Source of the DNA: an uncultured Acidobacteriota bacterium
GTDB lineage: Bacteria; Acidobacteriota; Thermoanaerobaculia; Multivoradales; JAHEKO01
Reading direction: 5' to 3'
Assembly: GCA_963713825.1 (NCBI GenBank)
Contig: CAVQNG010000001.1
Span: 192,001-256,000, forward strand
DNA: 64,000 nt
The stretch's first letter is position 1. The number at the start of each line of letters is the position of its first letter. Made by a program: the position numbers and the translations under genes. Shown here one piece after another: positions 29,414 through 39,743 of this stretch. Below the pieces are notes generated by a model, which was not told the DNA's origin, searched no databases, and saw only the letters and a list, made by a program, of their open reading frames with translations.

Positions 29414-31354
29414 TCAACGCTCGGGACGAATGGCCTGGAGAGCCTTGGGATTCTGAAGGGAGGAGAGGTCTCCGAGCTCTTCCTGTCCCAAGTACTTGGA
29501 GCGGATCAGACGTCGCAGGATTTTGGCGCTACGCGTCTTCGGCAGATCCTCGACGTAGAGCACCCTTTCGGGGCGGCCGAGCTTGCCCAGGTGGCGAGCT
29601 ACGGCGTCAATCAGGTCTCGTGTCATAGCCTCCGATGGGGCATGGGGTGGCCTGAGCACCACAAAGCAGACTATTGCTTCGCCCTTGACGTCGTGTGGGA
29701 TGCCGATGGCGGCGGCCTCGCTGACGAGGCCGGTCTCGATCAGGACCCCTTCGATCTCGGCGGGACCAAGCCGCTTCCCCGCTACGTTGAGAGTGTCATC
29801 CGCTCGGCCGCGCAAGAACCACTGCCCGTCCTCGTCGATAATGGCCCAGTCGCCGTGGTTCCAGACATCCTTCCAAGTCGACCAGTAGGCCTCCAGGTAC
29901 CGTTCCGGATCGTTCCAAAGACCCCGGGTCATGGAGGGTGCAGGCTCAGTCGCAACCAGGTAGCCGACCTCCTCTCGAATCGGTGAGCCCTCTTCGTTCC
30001 AGACGTCGACCGCCATTCCCAACCCGGGTCCGACCAGACTGCAGGGCTTGATGGGCTGGACCGGCAGGGGAGAGAGGAAGCAGCCGATGAGATCCGTGCC
30101 GCCGGCGATGTTGATGATCGGGCAACGCTTGTGACCAATGGTCTCGAAGAACCAAGTCCAGGAATCCTCGTCCCAAGGCTCGCCCGTGGAGCCGAGAATT
30201 CTCAAGCTCTGCAAATCGTGGTTGGCGGGCACCTCGTCTCCGGCTCGCTGCAGAAGTCGAATCGCGGTTGGAGAGATGCCGAGAGTCGAGATCTGGTGTC
30301 TCTGCACCATCTCCCAAAGCCGACCGGGGCCCGGCCAGTCGATGGCCCCCTCGTAGAGGTAGACAGTGGCGCGATGAAACAGGCCGCCGATCAACATCCA
30401 AGGGCCCATCATCCAGCCGATGTCTGTCAGCCAGAAGAAACGATCGGCTGGCTTCATGTCGAAGGCGTAGCCGACCTCCTTGGCGATCTGCACCAGGCTG
30501 CCGGCATGGCTGTGTACCGTACCCTTGGGTCGCCCAGTCGTGCCCGAGGTGTAGAGAATCAAGGCCGGAGCCATGGATTCGACGATTTCCGCTGCGACTG
30601 GATAGCCGCTGCCGAGCTCGAGGAAGGCCTCCCAGTCGAGATCCAGGTCCTCATTCCACGGCACGTCGGCCTCGCCTCGCTGGAGAACGATGACCTTCTC
30701 GAGGGAGGGTACCGCCGCGACGGCTTCGTCCGCTTGAGGTTTGATCGACAGAGTCTTGCCGCGCCGTGCAGAGCCTGCCGCGGTGAACAGAATCCGAGCC
30801 TCTGCGTCGTTGAGTCGCTCGGCCACTGCCGCGGGAGCGAAGCCGCTGAATATGGGGATGAAGATCGCTCCGATCTGAATGGTGGCGAACATCTGGATGG
30901 CGACTTCGGCGGTCATCGGCATGTACGCTCCGACCCGGTCACCCTTGCCGATACCGAGTGCCCTCAAGGACGCCGCACACCGGCCCACCAGGTCCGCGAA
31001 CTGATGGTAGGAGTAGCTCCGCACGGTACCGTCCTCGTGCTCGGCGACAAGGCAGGTCCGGTCTCTATCTGCTTCCCCTTCGGCGTGCGCGAGACAGTTC
31101 CGGGTGAGATTCAGACGTCCGCCGACGTACCAGTCGGTCCAAGGGATGCCCTGCGAGGAATCGCGTACCTTGGTGAACGGGGTCTCGAACTCGATCCCCA
31201 GATCGTCGACGATGGCTTGCCAGAACCACTCCTGCTCGGCGACCGATCGCCGCATGAGGGCATCGATAGAGGCAATCCCGTGCCGTTGCATCAGGCGGGT
31301 CACATTGGCTTGGTCGAAGAGCTCTGGGGTTGGGTGCCAGACGAAATCGGACAT
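29414..31354 (-). CDS. Acetate/short-chain acyl-CoA ligase (AMP-forming)
   Basis: YTSGTTGRPKG, DIGWMMG, STGEPW, GRADD, LPKTRSAKILRR. Confidence 0.9.
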   Translation of the reverse strand: MSDFVWHPTPELFDQANVTRLMQRHGIASIDALMRRSVAEQEWFWQAIVDDLGIEFETPFTKVRDSSQGIPWTDWYVGGRLNLTRNCLAHAEGEADRDRTCLVAEHEDGTVRSYSYHQFADLVGRCAASLRALGIGKGDRVGAYMPMTAEVAIQMFATIQIGAIFIPIFSGFAPAAVAERLNDAEARILFTAAGSARRGKTLSIKPQADEAVAAVPSLEKVIVLQRGEADVPWNEDLDLDWEAFLELGSGYPVAAEIVESMAPALILYTSGTTGRPKGTVHSHAGSLVQIAKEVGYAFDMKPADRFFWLTDIGWMMGPWMLIGGLFHRATVYLYEGAIDWPGPGRLWEMVQRHQISTLGISPTAIRLLQRAGDEVPANHDLQSLRILGSTGEPWDEDSWTWFFETIGHKRCPIINIAGGTDLIGCFLSPLPVQPIKPCSLVGPGLGMAVDVWNEEGSPIREEVGYLVATEPAPSMTRGLWNDPERYLEAYWSTWKDVWNHGDWAIIDEDGQWFLRGRADDTLNVAGKRLGPAEIEGVLIETGLVSEAAAIGIPHDVKGEAIVCFVVLRPPHAPSEAMTRDLIDAVARHLGKLGRPERVLYVEDLPKTRSAKILRRLIRSKYLGQEELGDLSSLQNPKALQAIRPER

Positions 31355-31429
31355 GTCTCACCTCTCTGTCATCAAGTCTACGATAGGGAGGCGGCCAGGT
31401 CGCACCGAACCGTGGTGTAGCATCCTCGA

Positions 31430-32215
31430 ATGGACCGCACCAGGATGGTCATCGCGAACCTGATTGTGTATCTGGGCTTGTCGCAGGGAGGGGGCCTTGC
31501 CGAGTCTCCGCTGGCCGGGAGCCAGCGGCTCGATATTGTCGATCGTGCGATCGAGTATCACGGCGGCGACCGCTTTCGGGAGAGTCGGACACGACTCGAG
31601 CTGTGCTCGAAGCCCGGCTGCTCCGAAGTCTCAGCCGCAGTTCAGGGCGGCCTGTACGAGTTCCGCGTCAGAGGACCTTATCGTGGGGGCGAGCGTGAAG
31701 TACTGGTGACCAACGACCGGGTTCGGCATTGGCAAGACGAGCTCGAGGTGGAGGTGCCGCCGGAGAGCCAAGCGGCGCTGCGGGATTGGGCGATGGGTCG
31801 AGTGTACTTCTGCTTCCTGCCCTTCCGGCTCAACGACGAGAGTGTCATCAAAGAGGATCTTGGCCTCGAGGAGTGGTCTGGGCGCAACTTGCACAAGGTG
31901 AAGGTGACCTTCGTGCCTGGAACGAGCACGGACGCCGAGGATCAGTTCCTCTACTGGTTCGACCCGTCGAGCGGCCGCCTTGAGCAATTCGCTTACAGCT
32001 TCGTGGGTAGGCCTGGCGGACTGAGGTTCAGGCAGCTCTCCAACTTTCGTCGGGTCGGTGGTCTTCTGTTCTTCGATCAAGAGAACTGGGGTGCTGCAGG
32101 TGACGAGCTCACCGTGGACGAGATAAGCCCGGCTTTCGTCGCTACGATGGAGAAGATCTCCTCGGTCGAGCTGAGGAACATCCAGGTCGACGATCCGACC
32201 GGCACGATCGACTGA
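31430..32215 (+). CDS. Exported DUF6503-like protein
   Basis: Signal-like N-terminus, AIEYHGG, YF..LPF.L.D..V, KVKVTF....T...D.F.YWFD. Confidence 0.65.
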   Translation: MDRTRMVIANLIVYLGLSQGGGLAESPLAGSQRLDIVDRAIEYHGGDRFRESRTRLELCSKPGCSEVSAAVQGGLYEFRVRGPYRGGEREVLVTNDRVRHWQDELEVEVPPESQAALRDWAMGRVYFCFLPFRLNDESVIKEDLGLEEWSGRNLHKVKVTFVPGTSTDAEDQFLYWFDPSSGRLEQFAYSFVGRPGGLRFRQLSNFRRVGGLLFFDQENWGAAGDELTVDEISPAFVATMEKISSVELRNIQVDDPTGTID

Positions 32216-32836
32216 TCAACCAGGGGTGGCTGGACTGGCCAGACGGCCGTCCAACTCGAGCGCAGCGGCAGCTCCCTGCATGGCTGTAAGGACATTTTCT
32301 GCGTGCTCCCAGAGCTCCAGCTCGCCGTTGAACGAGTTGCGACTGAAGTCGTTCGTTGCCAGCTCGACCTCCTCGCGATTGACCCCAGCGGCGAAGGCCC
32401 TCTCCTTCCAGCGCTTCTTGACCGATTTGAGCTTGACCTCGCGCACGTCCTTGCTCGGTCGAATCAGCGCTGCGGCGATGATCAGTCCGGTGATCTCGTC
32501 GCAGGCCAGAAGTGCGAAGTCCATGCGGTACAGTCGCTCGACACCGGTGCCTGCTGAGTTGTGGGACAGAATTGCCTGAAGGATCTCCTCGGGACAGCCG
32601 GCCTCTCTCAAGATAGGGATGCCCTTGGCAGGATGCTCTTCCAGAGTCGGATGGATTTCCCAGTCGAAATCATGCAACAGCCCGGCGAGGCCCCACTGGT
32701 CGGGATCCTCTTCGAGACGAGCGGCGTACCAGCGCATAGCAGCCTCGACCGCCAGCATGTGGCGTCGGAGACCGGCGGCTTTCACGTTCGATTCGACGAG
32801 TTGCCAGGCGGATGTGCGATCGAGAGACGAAGACAT
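32216..32836 (-). CDS. HD-domain (HDIG) metal-dependent phosphohydrolase
   Basis: H.LAVEA.M, GLLHDFD, SHN, DE.TGLI, FAAGVNRE. Confidence 0.88.
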   Translation of the reverse strand: MSSSLDRTSAWQLVESNVKAAGLRRHMLAVEAAMRWYAARLEEDPDQWGLAGLLHDFDWEIHPTLEEHPAKGIPILREAGCPEEILQAILSHNSAGTGVERLYRMDFALLACDEITGLIIAAALIRPSKDVREVKLKSVKKRWKERAFAAGVNREEVELATNDFSRNSFNGELELWEHAENVLTAMQGAAAALELDGRLASPATPG

Positions 32837-32892
32837 ACCGAAGCCTCCTTCAGGGCAGGTTCGGGGGTTCTAGACCCCAGCCGTCGAGAATC

Positions 32893-33714
32893 CTACTCGA
32901 TGAAGAGATCGGCCAGAAGGGGCTGCGTTGGATCGACGGAATAGGGCTCGAAATCGCTGACTCCGGCCGCCCTCAGAACCTCTTCGTCAATGAAGAAATT
33001 GCCGCTACATTCGCGACTCGGCCGCGTCAGGACCTCGTACGCGGCATCGGCGACGATCTCGGGATGGCGGGTGCCCTCTCTTGGGATGATCCCCTCGAGC
33101 ATGCGCAAGGCGGCAGTGTCGATCACCGTCTTGGGCCATAAAGCGTTGACCGCAACACCCTTTGCTTCGAATTCGGCTGCCATTCCCAGGACACACATAC
33201 TCATCCCGAACTTGGACATCGTGTAGGCGCAGTGGTTCTCGAAGTTGCGGGCCTGCATCTCCAGCGGCGGGGACAGGACCAGAATGTGTGGATTTGCAGA
33301 CCTCACCAGGTGAGGCAGACACTTCTGGGAACAGAGGAACGTGCCACGTGCATTGACCGACCACATGAGATCGAAGCGCTGCATCGGGGTCGCGAGCGTG
33401 CCTCTGAGGAAGATCGCGCTCGCATTGTTCACCAGGACGTCGATACCACCAAAAGTCTTCACTGTCTGTTCGACCGCCTTCTCGACCTGGTCTTCGTAAC
33501 GAATGTCCGTTTGAATCGCCAGGGCCCTGCCCCCAGCTGCTTCGATCTCGGCTGCCGCCGACTGGATGGTCCCCGGCAACGTCGGATGAGCCTCTGTCGT
33601 TTTTGCGACGACCGCGATATTGGCTCCGTCGGCGGCCGCTCGCAGCGCGATCGCCTTGCCGATGCCTCGGCTGGCGCCAGTAATGAACAGCGTCTTGTTC
33701 TTCAAACTCGGCAT
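32893..33714 (-). CDS. SDR oxidoreductase (HSDL2/citronellol dehydrogenase-like)
   Basis: TGASRGIG, NNASAI, YTMSK, NALWP, GNFFIDE. Confidence 0.9.
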   Translation of the reverse strand: MPSLKNKTLFITGASRGIGKAIALRAAADGANIAVVAKTTEAHPTLPGTIQSAAAEIEAAGGRALAIQTDIRYEDQVEKAVEQTVKTFGGIDVLVNNASAIFLRGTLATPMQRFDLMWSVNARGTFLCSQKCLPHLVRSANPHILVLSPPLEMQARNFENHCAYTMSKFGMSMCVLGMAAEFEAKGVAVNALWPKTVIDTAALRMLEGIIPREGTRHPEIVADAAYEVLTRPSRECSGNFFIDEEVLRAAGVSDFEPYSVDPTQPLLADLFIE

Positions 33715-33729
33715 GGTTGCCTCTCTGTC

Positions 33730-35256
33730 TCAGATCTCGGAGCTGGGTGCCAGGACCAGCTCATGCATCATCGGGTCCCAGGGCACTCGAAAGTAGCGGT
33801 TGCTGCCGTAGTAGGCGAAGTTCGAGACTCGCGAGGTGTACAGGCAAGCATAGGCCTCGAGCTGACTGGCGAAGCGGGTCTTGCTGGTGCCCTGCTTGAA
33901 AAAGGGTCCCCAATAGGGATTGAACGTGGCATCGAGCTTCTCCGACCAGCGGGCCTCGCGGCCGAGGACCTGCCGGAGCTCCGAGGTGACCGTGTGCAGA
34001 CGCTCCTGGATCTGCTCGAGCTGGGCACTTGCGAATTCGGTTTCTCGAGAAGAGCTTTTGGTAACGAGGAGAAGATCGCGCAGGTGGTCCATCTGGTGCC
34101 CCAGGTGTGCCAATTTGTGCCGCAGTGCGATGCCCTCGTCGAGGTACGCTGCGAGCTCAGAGCGTTGGCGGATCTCTTCCTCCAACTCGTGGACGATCAA
34201 CGTCGTGCGCCAGGTGGATTCGAGCTTCGAGGAGACGATGTCGCCGTAGATGTGATCGCCCACATAGAGGACGCTTTCACCAGGGCCTTGGATCAGCTCC
34301 ATCATGCCTTCCAGGCACCCACCCCGGAATCTGCCGTGCCACTCCGGGGTGTCGACTTCGCCGACCACCTCACCTGCAGCGCAGAGCTCTTGGAAGGCCT
34401 GCTTGCGGCTGAAGAAGTCGGGCTTCCCAGCGCCCACGACGATGAGGTCGAAGAACTCCTCCCAACTGTCCAGACCTGGCAGCAGATCATCGAGAAGATA
34501 GGACGCAATGGCTTCTGCGTAGCTCCAATCCGAATTGGTGAGCAAGAAGAGCCGTCGTCCGCCAAGGGCCAGGCGAGCCAGCGCCAGGCCGAGCTCCGGA
34601 TCGCGGTGCAGATAGCGTGGCAGGTCCGCCACAACCTGCTGCTTGAGGGCCCCCTGGGCGTGGACCCAATCGATCGCTTGTCGTAGATCGTTGAAGATTC
34701 CGCGAGGCGATGGCAGCGGCGAGTCCTGCTGGTGCTTCGTCAACTCGATGAGCTCGGCGTATAGGTTGGCCTCGGGTAGCTCGAAGAGGCTATCGACGTG
34801 GTAGAAGCGATCGCTGGCAGGCTGGATGGGTTCGTAGCGATAGAGATGTTTGAGCTGATGCCGGTCGAGACGCTGCCGTCCCTGATAGGCCAGATTGACG
34901 AAACGATGGCGACTCATGCGCAGCACCGCTCCAGATTCCTTGTCGATGAGGAGACCGCGGCGAGGAAAGTCCGGTCTGAAGCGACAGTCGCGAATCGTCT
35001 CGGGGTAGCCGTTTTCTTGAATCAGCCGTTCCACAGCCAGTTGGAAGGTGAGCTTCTCGAGAGGCAGCCGCCGATAGTCGGCCAGAGTCCAGTCGAGGTC
35101 GAAGCCGACGTACCGTATGCTCTCCATTCTGAGAGCCCGATTGACGAAGATCTGCCGTTCCGGGGGAGGCTCTCCATAGTGCGGCAGAGCCGTAGCCATG
35201 CGTTCGGCGAGCTCGGGCCAGATTCCATTGGACAAACGGCGTGACAGTGAGGTCAT
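33730..35256 (-). CDS. HAD-IG 5'-nucleotidase (cN-II/NT5C2-like)
   Basis: IFVNR, GFDLDWTL, LLTNS, KP.FF, YVGDHIYGDI, YACLYTSRVSN. Confidence 0.9.
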   Translation of the reverse strand: MTSLSRRLSNGIWPELAERMATALPHYGEPPPERQIFVNRALRMESIRYVGFDLDWTLADYRRLPLEKLTFQLAVERLIQENGYPETIRDCRFRPDFPRRGLLIDKESGAVLRMSRHRFVNLAYQGRQRLDRHQLKHLYRYEPIQPASDRFYHVDSLFELPEANLYAELIELTKHQQDSPLPSPRGIFNDLRQAIDWVHAQGALKQQVVADLPRYLHRDPELGLALARLALGGRRLFLLTNSDWSYAEAIASYLLDDLLPGLDSWEEFFDLIVVGAGKPDFFSRKQAFQELCAAGEVVGEVDTPEWHGRFRGGCLEGMMELIQGPGESVLYVGDHIYGDIVSSKLESTWRTTLIVHELEEEIRQRSELAAYLDEGIALRHKLAHLGHQMDHLRDLLLVTKSSSRETEFASAQLEQIQERLHTVTSELRQVLGREARWSEKLDATFNPYWGPFFKQGTSKTRFASQLEAYACLYTSRVSNFAYYGSNRYFRVPWDPMMHELVLAPSSEI

Positions 35257-35329
35257 TGCAAATCTCGAGGGTCGAGGTCTCTCGTCGGAGGAGCGTGGCT
35301 GAAGTTCTGAAGGTCGGTTCGTGGTTGAC

Positions 35330-36166
35330 TCACGATGGCGCGATCTCGCGGCGAGTGTGAAGTCGATCGCAGACCTCGGGGAGGAGTTCCTCGGCCGGAG
35401 AAGGGAGAATTCTCAGATCGGGCCATGGCGAGGTGCCATGGCCTCCCGGGTCGATGGAAAAGATCGGAATCCGCCTGAGGATGCCTGCCCGGAGAAAAGT
35501 GTCCGTGATGCCGACGGAGAAAGAAGTGCCGATGAAGAGCATCAGGTCGGCGCTTTGGGCCACCGCCTCGGCTTCGGAGAATCTGTAGTCCTGATGCTCT
35601 CCGTAGTACTCATCGAAAAAGAGGACGTGAGCCCGCAGGAGTGAGGCGCACTCCGGACAGGTTGGCAGCGTCTGCTCGGACGGTGCGGAGACGAAGTCCT
35701 CGAAATGGGCCTCGTCTGCCGCGAGAGAGCCTCTGGGCGAGCCGAATCGACAGCCGACCTTCGAGCAACGGACTCGGTCGGAGGTGCCGTGAATCTTGAT
35801 CATTCTGGAGCTGCCAGCTGCTTCGTGAAGAGTGTCGATGTTCTGGGTTACGAGGCAGAAAGAGCCACCTCGCTGGGTGTGCCAAGTCTCCAGGTCGACC
35901 AATGCGGAGTGTGCCGCGTTGGGCTTTGCCGCAGCTACGGCCTCGAATCGCTTGAGGTACCACTGCCACTGGCCCACCGGGTCGCGGCGAAAGTAGTCGA
36001 ACGTGGCGAGCGATACGTCGCTCTGTCGCCAAACAGCTTCCGGGTCGGTGCCGCGAAAGGTCGGAATGCCACTAGCCTGACTGATTCCAGCTCCGGTGAC
36101 GACTGCCAGCGATCCGGCTTCGAGGGACTCGAGGGCCGATCCCAGGGCCTGCACTTGTTCTTCCAT
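35330..36166 (-). CDS. cobB: Sir2-family NAD-dependent protein deacylase
   Basis: TGAGIS.ASGIPTFRG, TQNID.LH, HG, four-Cys zinc module, GTS. Confidence 0.85.
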   Translation of the reverse strand: MEEQVQALGSALESLEAGSLAVVTGAGISQASGIPTFRGTDPEAVWRQSDVSLATFDYFRRDPVGQWQWYLKRFEAVAAAKPNAAHSALVDLETWHTQRGGSFCLVTQNIDTLHEAAGSSRMIKIHGTSDRVRCSKVGCRFGSPRGSLAADEAHFEDFVSAPSEQTLPTCPECASLLRAHVLFFDEYYGEHQDYRFSEAEAVAQSADLMLFIGTSFSVGITDTFLRAGILRRIPIFSIDPGGHGTSPWPDLRILPSPAEELLPEVCDRLHTRREIAPS

Positions 36167-36215
36167 TCCCTGTAGAGGATACCAGGCGTTCAGGTGGGCG
36201 GGCCGGCGCCGAGAA

Positions 36216-36713
36216 TCAAAGGAAGTAGAGGGTGTCGTCGACGAGGGGGTGGCGAGCAAAGGTGTGTCTTGCCTTGCGGAAGCGAAAGAACTCCTCGAGG
36301 GAATCGTCCCCGTCGAGGTCGGTTTCCAGCTCCTCCTCCAGTTGATCCAGATCCTCTCCCGCCTCCATCCGAGCCATCATTTCTTCCATGCGGGGTCCGG
36401 GTTCGAGGCCGGCAGATTCGCTGAATCGACGAAACAGCCCCGCCAATTTGCGTGGGTCCTCGTCGTCGCCGACCTGACTCATCTCCTCCATCATCGAGCT
36501 CATCACTCCGGCCAGGCGTTCATCATCGAGGTCTCCGAACGGGTCGGGCTCCTCCTCGCCACTGTGTTTCAGCATCGCGAACCGAGCTGGGCGTCGCTCC
36601 AACCCAGGTTTCTCGCACTGCGGGCATGGCGGTCGCGTCTCGGTGTCAATCGTGGCGGAGAAAAAGTTGAAAAGAGTGTGGCAGTCTCGGCAGTAGAACT
36701 CGTAGATGGGCAT
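36216..36713 (-). CDS. FmdB-family zinc-ribbon protein with acidic C-terminal domain
   Basis: MPIYEFYCRDC...CPQC. Confidence 0.85.
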   Translation of the reverse strand: MPIYEFYCRDCHTLFNFFSATIDTETRPPCPQCEKPGLERRPARFAMLKHSGEEEPDPFGDLDDERLAGVMSSMMEEMSQVGDDEDPRKLAGLFRRFSESAGLEPGPRMEEMMARMEAGEDLDQLEEELETDLDGDDSLEEFFRFRKARHTFARHPLVDDTLYFL

Positions 36714-36883
36714 GGCAGTGGATGTCAGGTCGGTGGTCTGAGATAGTGTGGCCAGCGTCGGTGACCATCGTTGCCTTGGCTGCAGAGTTATCTTACACAT
36801 CGCGAGGCTGTGGCGGCTGAAGAAGTGTCGGTCCCTTGTGGGGAGTTGGTAGGAACATAGAATCAGCTGGACAGGATGGCGAC

Positions 36884-38656
36884 ATGACCCACGAGTCCGA
36901 ACCGCAGGATCGAACCGACGTGCGAGGCCCGACAAAAGGAGCCCCCGTCTCTGGCGGACCTCCTCCGAGCCCTGATGGAGCGCCGGCGGAGGCATCGTCC
37001 AGCAACGCTAGTCGAGTCGCTGCCGGGATTCTGTCGAGTCGTGCGTTCGGATTGCTGCGCGAGTCGGTCCTGGCCTTCTTCTTCGGTGCAGGACCGCACG
37101 CCGATGTCTTTCGAATCGCCTTGCGCGGTCCGAATCTGCTGCAGAATCTCCTCGGGGAACAGACTCTCTCCGCTTCGTTCATTCCGATCTACTCGCGAAT
37201 GGTCGCAGCTGGCAAAGCGGAAGATGCCGGGCGTTTTGCTGGTGCCATCCTGGGCTTGCTGATGGCAGTGGGGTCGTCGGTGGCTCTGCTCGGTATTCTC
37301 TTTGCGGAGCCCATCGTGGCGATCCTGGCTCCCGGCTACCTGGGAGATGCGGCGCGAGTAGGGGCGGGACTAGCTGAGGTGGACCGCTTCCGACTCGCCG
37401 TGCAGGCAGTGCGAATCGTTTTTCCAATGACGGCCGTGCTCGTTCTTTCGGCCTGGTCTCTGGGAGTTCTCAACAGCCACCGGCGATTCTTCTTGGCCTA
37501 CTTCGCGCCGGTGCTGTGGAACATCTCCATCATCTTGGCACTCTGTCTGACGGCTATTACAGGCTGGCAGGCGTATGGGGGGCCTGTACCAGCATTGGGT
37601 GAAACGACCTTTCGCAATCGACTCCTGATCGCCGCTTGCATTGGCGCCCTGATTGGAGGAGTGCTGCAGTTTGCCGTGCAGCTACCTGTCGTCTTTCGAC
37701 TTCTCAAGGGCTTCCGTCTATCGGTATCGCCCCAGGTGGAGGGCGTTTCCAAGGCACTAGGAGCCTTCGCACCGTTGGCGGCAGGTCGGGGTGCAGTGCA
37801 GCTCTCTGGGTACTTCGATCTGGTTTTGGCGTCCTTTCTGGTTCCAGGCGCCATCGCCGCGCTGGGATGGGCACAGATTCTCTATCTGCTGCCGATCGCG
37901 CTGTTCGGGGTCTCGGTGGCTGCTGCCGAGCTACCCGAGTTGTCAGTGCAAACGGCTCGCGCCGATCAGGCTGTCCTGCTCTCTCGGCTCGACGCTTCGA
38001 TCCGAAAGATGGCTTTTCTGACAGTACCGACGGTGCTTGGCTACTTGTGTTTGGGCTTCTATTTGGTCGGCGGGTTGTTCCGGCGGGGCAACTTCGGGTT
38101 GCAGGACAATTGGCTCGTCTATCTGGTTCTGGCTGCGTACAGCCTGGGCTTGCTTGCCAGCAGCACTTCGCGACTTCTCAATAACGTCTTCTACGCGCTG
38201 GGAAAGACCAAGGTCCCGGCCCGGGTGGCTGTGGAGCGAGTCGTGCTCTCGGCTCTTGTCGGCGGAGTATCGATGCTCTGGCTCGATCGCGTTCCCGTCA
38301 GCCGAGTCGCCGGACCGGCAGCTGGAGGACGTGAGCTATTCATGGGTGCAGTGGGGTTGGCCTTGGGGGCATCGCTGGGAGCCCTGTTCGAGCTGTGGCG
38401 GTTGGCGAGCGCTTTGGATAAGCAGGGGTTGGGCCTCCGACTGCCTGCCAGGTCCATTGGCAAAATGTTGGCGACGGCCACCCTGACCGTGGCGCCTGTC
38501 GCCGTGATGCTGATCTACATGAGATCGCTGCCAATTCTGGTCCAAGCCGTCGTGGCTGTGCTCGTCTACGTGGGGCTCTATCTCTCCGTGGCGCGGCTCG
38601 TCGGGCTTCCGGAGTTGGGCTACTGGTTGGGTAGTTTGGGGAGAGGGACCCGATAG
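36884..38656 (+). CDS. murJ: Lipid II flippase MurJ
   Basis: SR.FGL.RE, PN.L.NL.GE..LSASFIP.Y, LPI.LFG, FYALG.TK.P. Confidence 0.92.
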   Translation: MTHESEPQDRTDVRGPTKGAPVSGGPPPSPDGAPAEASSSNASRVAAGILSSRAFGLLRESVLAFFFGAGPHADVFRIALRGPNLLQNLLGEQTLSASFIPIYSRMVAAGKAEDAGRFAGAILGLLMAVGSSVALLGILFAEPIVAILAPGYLGDAARVGAGLAEVDRFRLAVQAVRIVFPMTAVLVLSAWSLGVLNSHRRFFLAYFAPVLWNISIILALCLTAITGWQAYGGPVPALGETTFRNRLLIAACIGALIGGVLQFAVQLPVVFRLLKGFRLSVSPQVEGVSKALGAFAPLAAGRGAVQLSGYFDLVLASFLVPGAIAALGWAQILYLLPIALFGVSVAAAELPELSVQTARADQAVLLSRLDASIRKMAFLTVPTVLGYLCLGFYLVGGLFRRGNFGLQDNWLVYLVLAAYSLGLLASSTSRLLNNVFYALGKTKVPARVAVERVVLSALVGGVSMLWLDRVPVSRVAGPAAGGRELFMGAVGLALGASLGALFELWRLASALDKQGLGLRLPARSIGKMLATATLTVAPVAVMLIYMRSLPILVQAVVAVLVYVGLYLSVARLVGLPELGYWLGSLGRGTR

Positions 38657-38703
38657 GACCAGGTTTCGAGAGGTAAACAGAGAACAACCACTGGAGGGTG
38701 GCT

Positions 38704-39138
38704 ATGAAGATAGCGATAGCGTCCGATCACGCCGGATACCGATACAAGGTAGCGCTAGCGACCCATCTCACTGAGCTCGGACACGAAGTGGTGGATTTCG
38801 GAACCGATTCCGAGGTCTCGGTCGATTACCCGACCTTCATAAGGCCGGCAGCGCACGCGGTCTCTGCTGGGGAGTGTGAAAGGTTGATCGTCCTCGGCGG
38901 TTCAGGGAACGGCGAGGCCATGACGGCGAACCGTGTTCGAGGAGTCCGATGTGCCTTGTGCTGGAGCGAAACCTCGGCTCGCCTGGCACGGCAGCACAAC
39001 AACGCCAACGGTTTGTCCCTCGGCCAGCGTCTGGTGTCTCTGGAGATGGCATTGCTGATCGTCGATGTCTGGCTGGAAACGCCGTTCGAGGGCGGGCGAC
39101 ACGTCCGCCGAATCGAAGCAATGGATGCAGTAGAGTAA
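38704..39138 (+). CDS. rpiB: Ribose-5-phosphate isomerase B (Cys-less, GGSGNGE type)
   Basis: [30 protein letters not shown]. Confidence 0.93.
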   Translation: MKIAIASDHAGYRYKVALATHLTELGHEVVDFGTDSEVSVDYPTFIRPAAHAVSAGECERLIVLGGSGNGEAMTANRVRGVRCALCWSETSARLARQHNNANGLSLGQRLVSLEMALLIVDVWLETPFEGGRHVRRIEAMDAVE

Positions 39139-39159
39139 ACCGATCTAGCAGAAAGAGCC

Positions 39160-39720
39160 ATGGAACAATCGCTTGTCAGTGTATTTCTGGGCCTCGGCCT
39201 GAGTGCTGCAACCGGCTTCCGCGTCTTCGTTCCTCTGCTGGTGATCAACCTCGCGGCGCACGGGGGATTCCTCGAGCTCTCACCGAAATTCGGCTGGATG
39301 GAGAGCAGCACTGCCCTGATCGCTTTTGGTGCGGCCACGCTTCTGGAGATCGTCGCCTACTACGTCCCCTGGTTGGACAACCTCCTGGATTCTGTCGCCA
39401 CCCCGGCGGCGGTCGTCGCGGGAATGGTCGCGACGGCGTCCGTGGTCACCGGCATGGATCCGATGCTGCGAATGATCCTGGCAATCATTGCGGGTGGTGG
39501 GCTGGCTGGGGCAGTTCAGATGACAACAGCCACTGGTCGACAGATCTCCTCTGTCACCACAGCTGGGCTGGGCAATCCCATTCTTTCGACCATCGAGTTG
39601 GCTGGCTCGCTGGGGCTTTCGGTCCTGGCCGTTTTGGTGCCAGTGATGGCAGGTTGCTTGGTGCTGCTGGCCCTGATTCTGGTGGTGCGCAGATTACGCC
39701 GAAGACGCTCTGGCCCCTAA
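39160..39720 (+). CDS. DUF4126 membrane protein
   Basis: [31 protein letters not shown]. Confidence 0.85.
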   Translation: MEQSLVSVFLGLGLSAATGFRVFVPLLVINLAAHGGFLELSPKFGWMESSTALIAFGAATLLEIVAYYVPWLDNLLDSVATPAAVVAGMVATASVVTGMDPMLRMILAIIAGGGLAGAVQMTTATGRQISSVTTAGLGNPILSTIELAGSLGLSVLAVLVPVMAGCLVLLALILVVRRLRRRRSGP

Positions 39721-39743
39721 CGAGTCCTGCAGAGGAGGTTGGT

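Noticed and set aside
33232-34686. 484-aa plus-strand ORF, and similar long shadow ORFs at 30131-31420, 40983-42107, 25545-26642, 14037-15101, 5913-7016 and 45133-46251
   Set aside because: They overlap well-supported genes (antisense or in an alternative frame), have no recognisable motifs, and are expected from GC-rich codon bias.
35330-36166. Sir2 protein as an anti-phage NADase (Thoeris/DSR-type)
   Set aside because: It has the zinc-binding module and motifs of classic CobB deacylases, with no defence-associated neighbours.
38704-39138. RpiB lacking the catalytic Cys
   Set aside because: GGSGNGE is the known Mycobacterium-type RpiB active site, which uses Glu.
38949-39743. Apparent 405-aa N-terminally extended YjbQ fusion
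   Set aside because: The extension overlaps rpiB and the DUF4126 gene in another frame. An AGGAGG RBS and TTG at 39744 give a normal-sized YjbQ.
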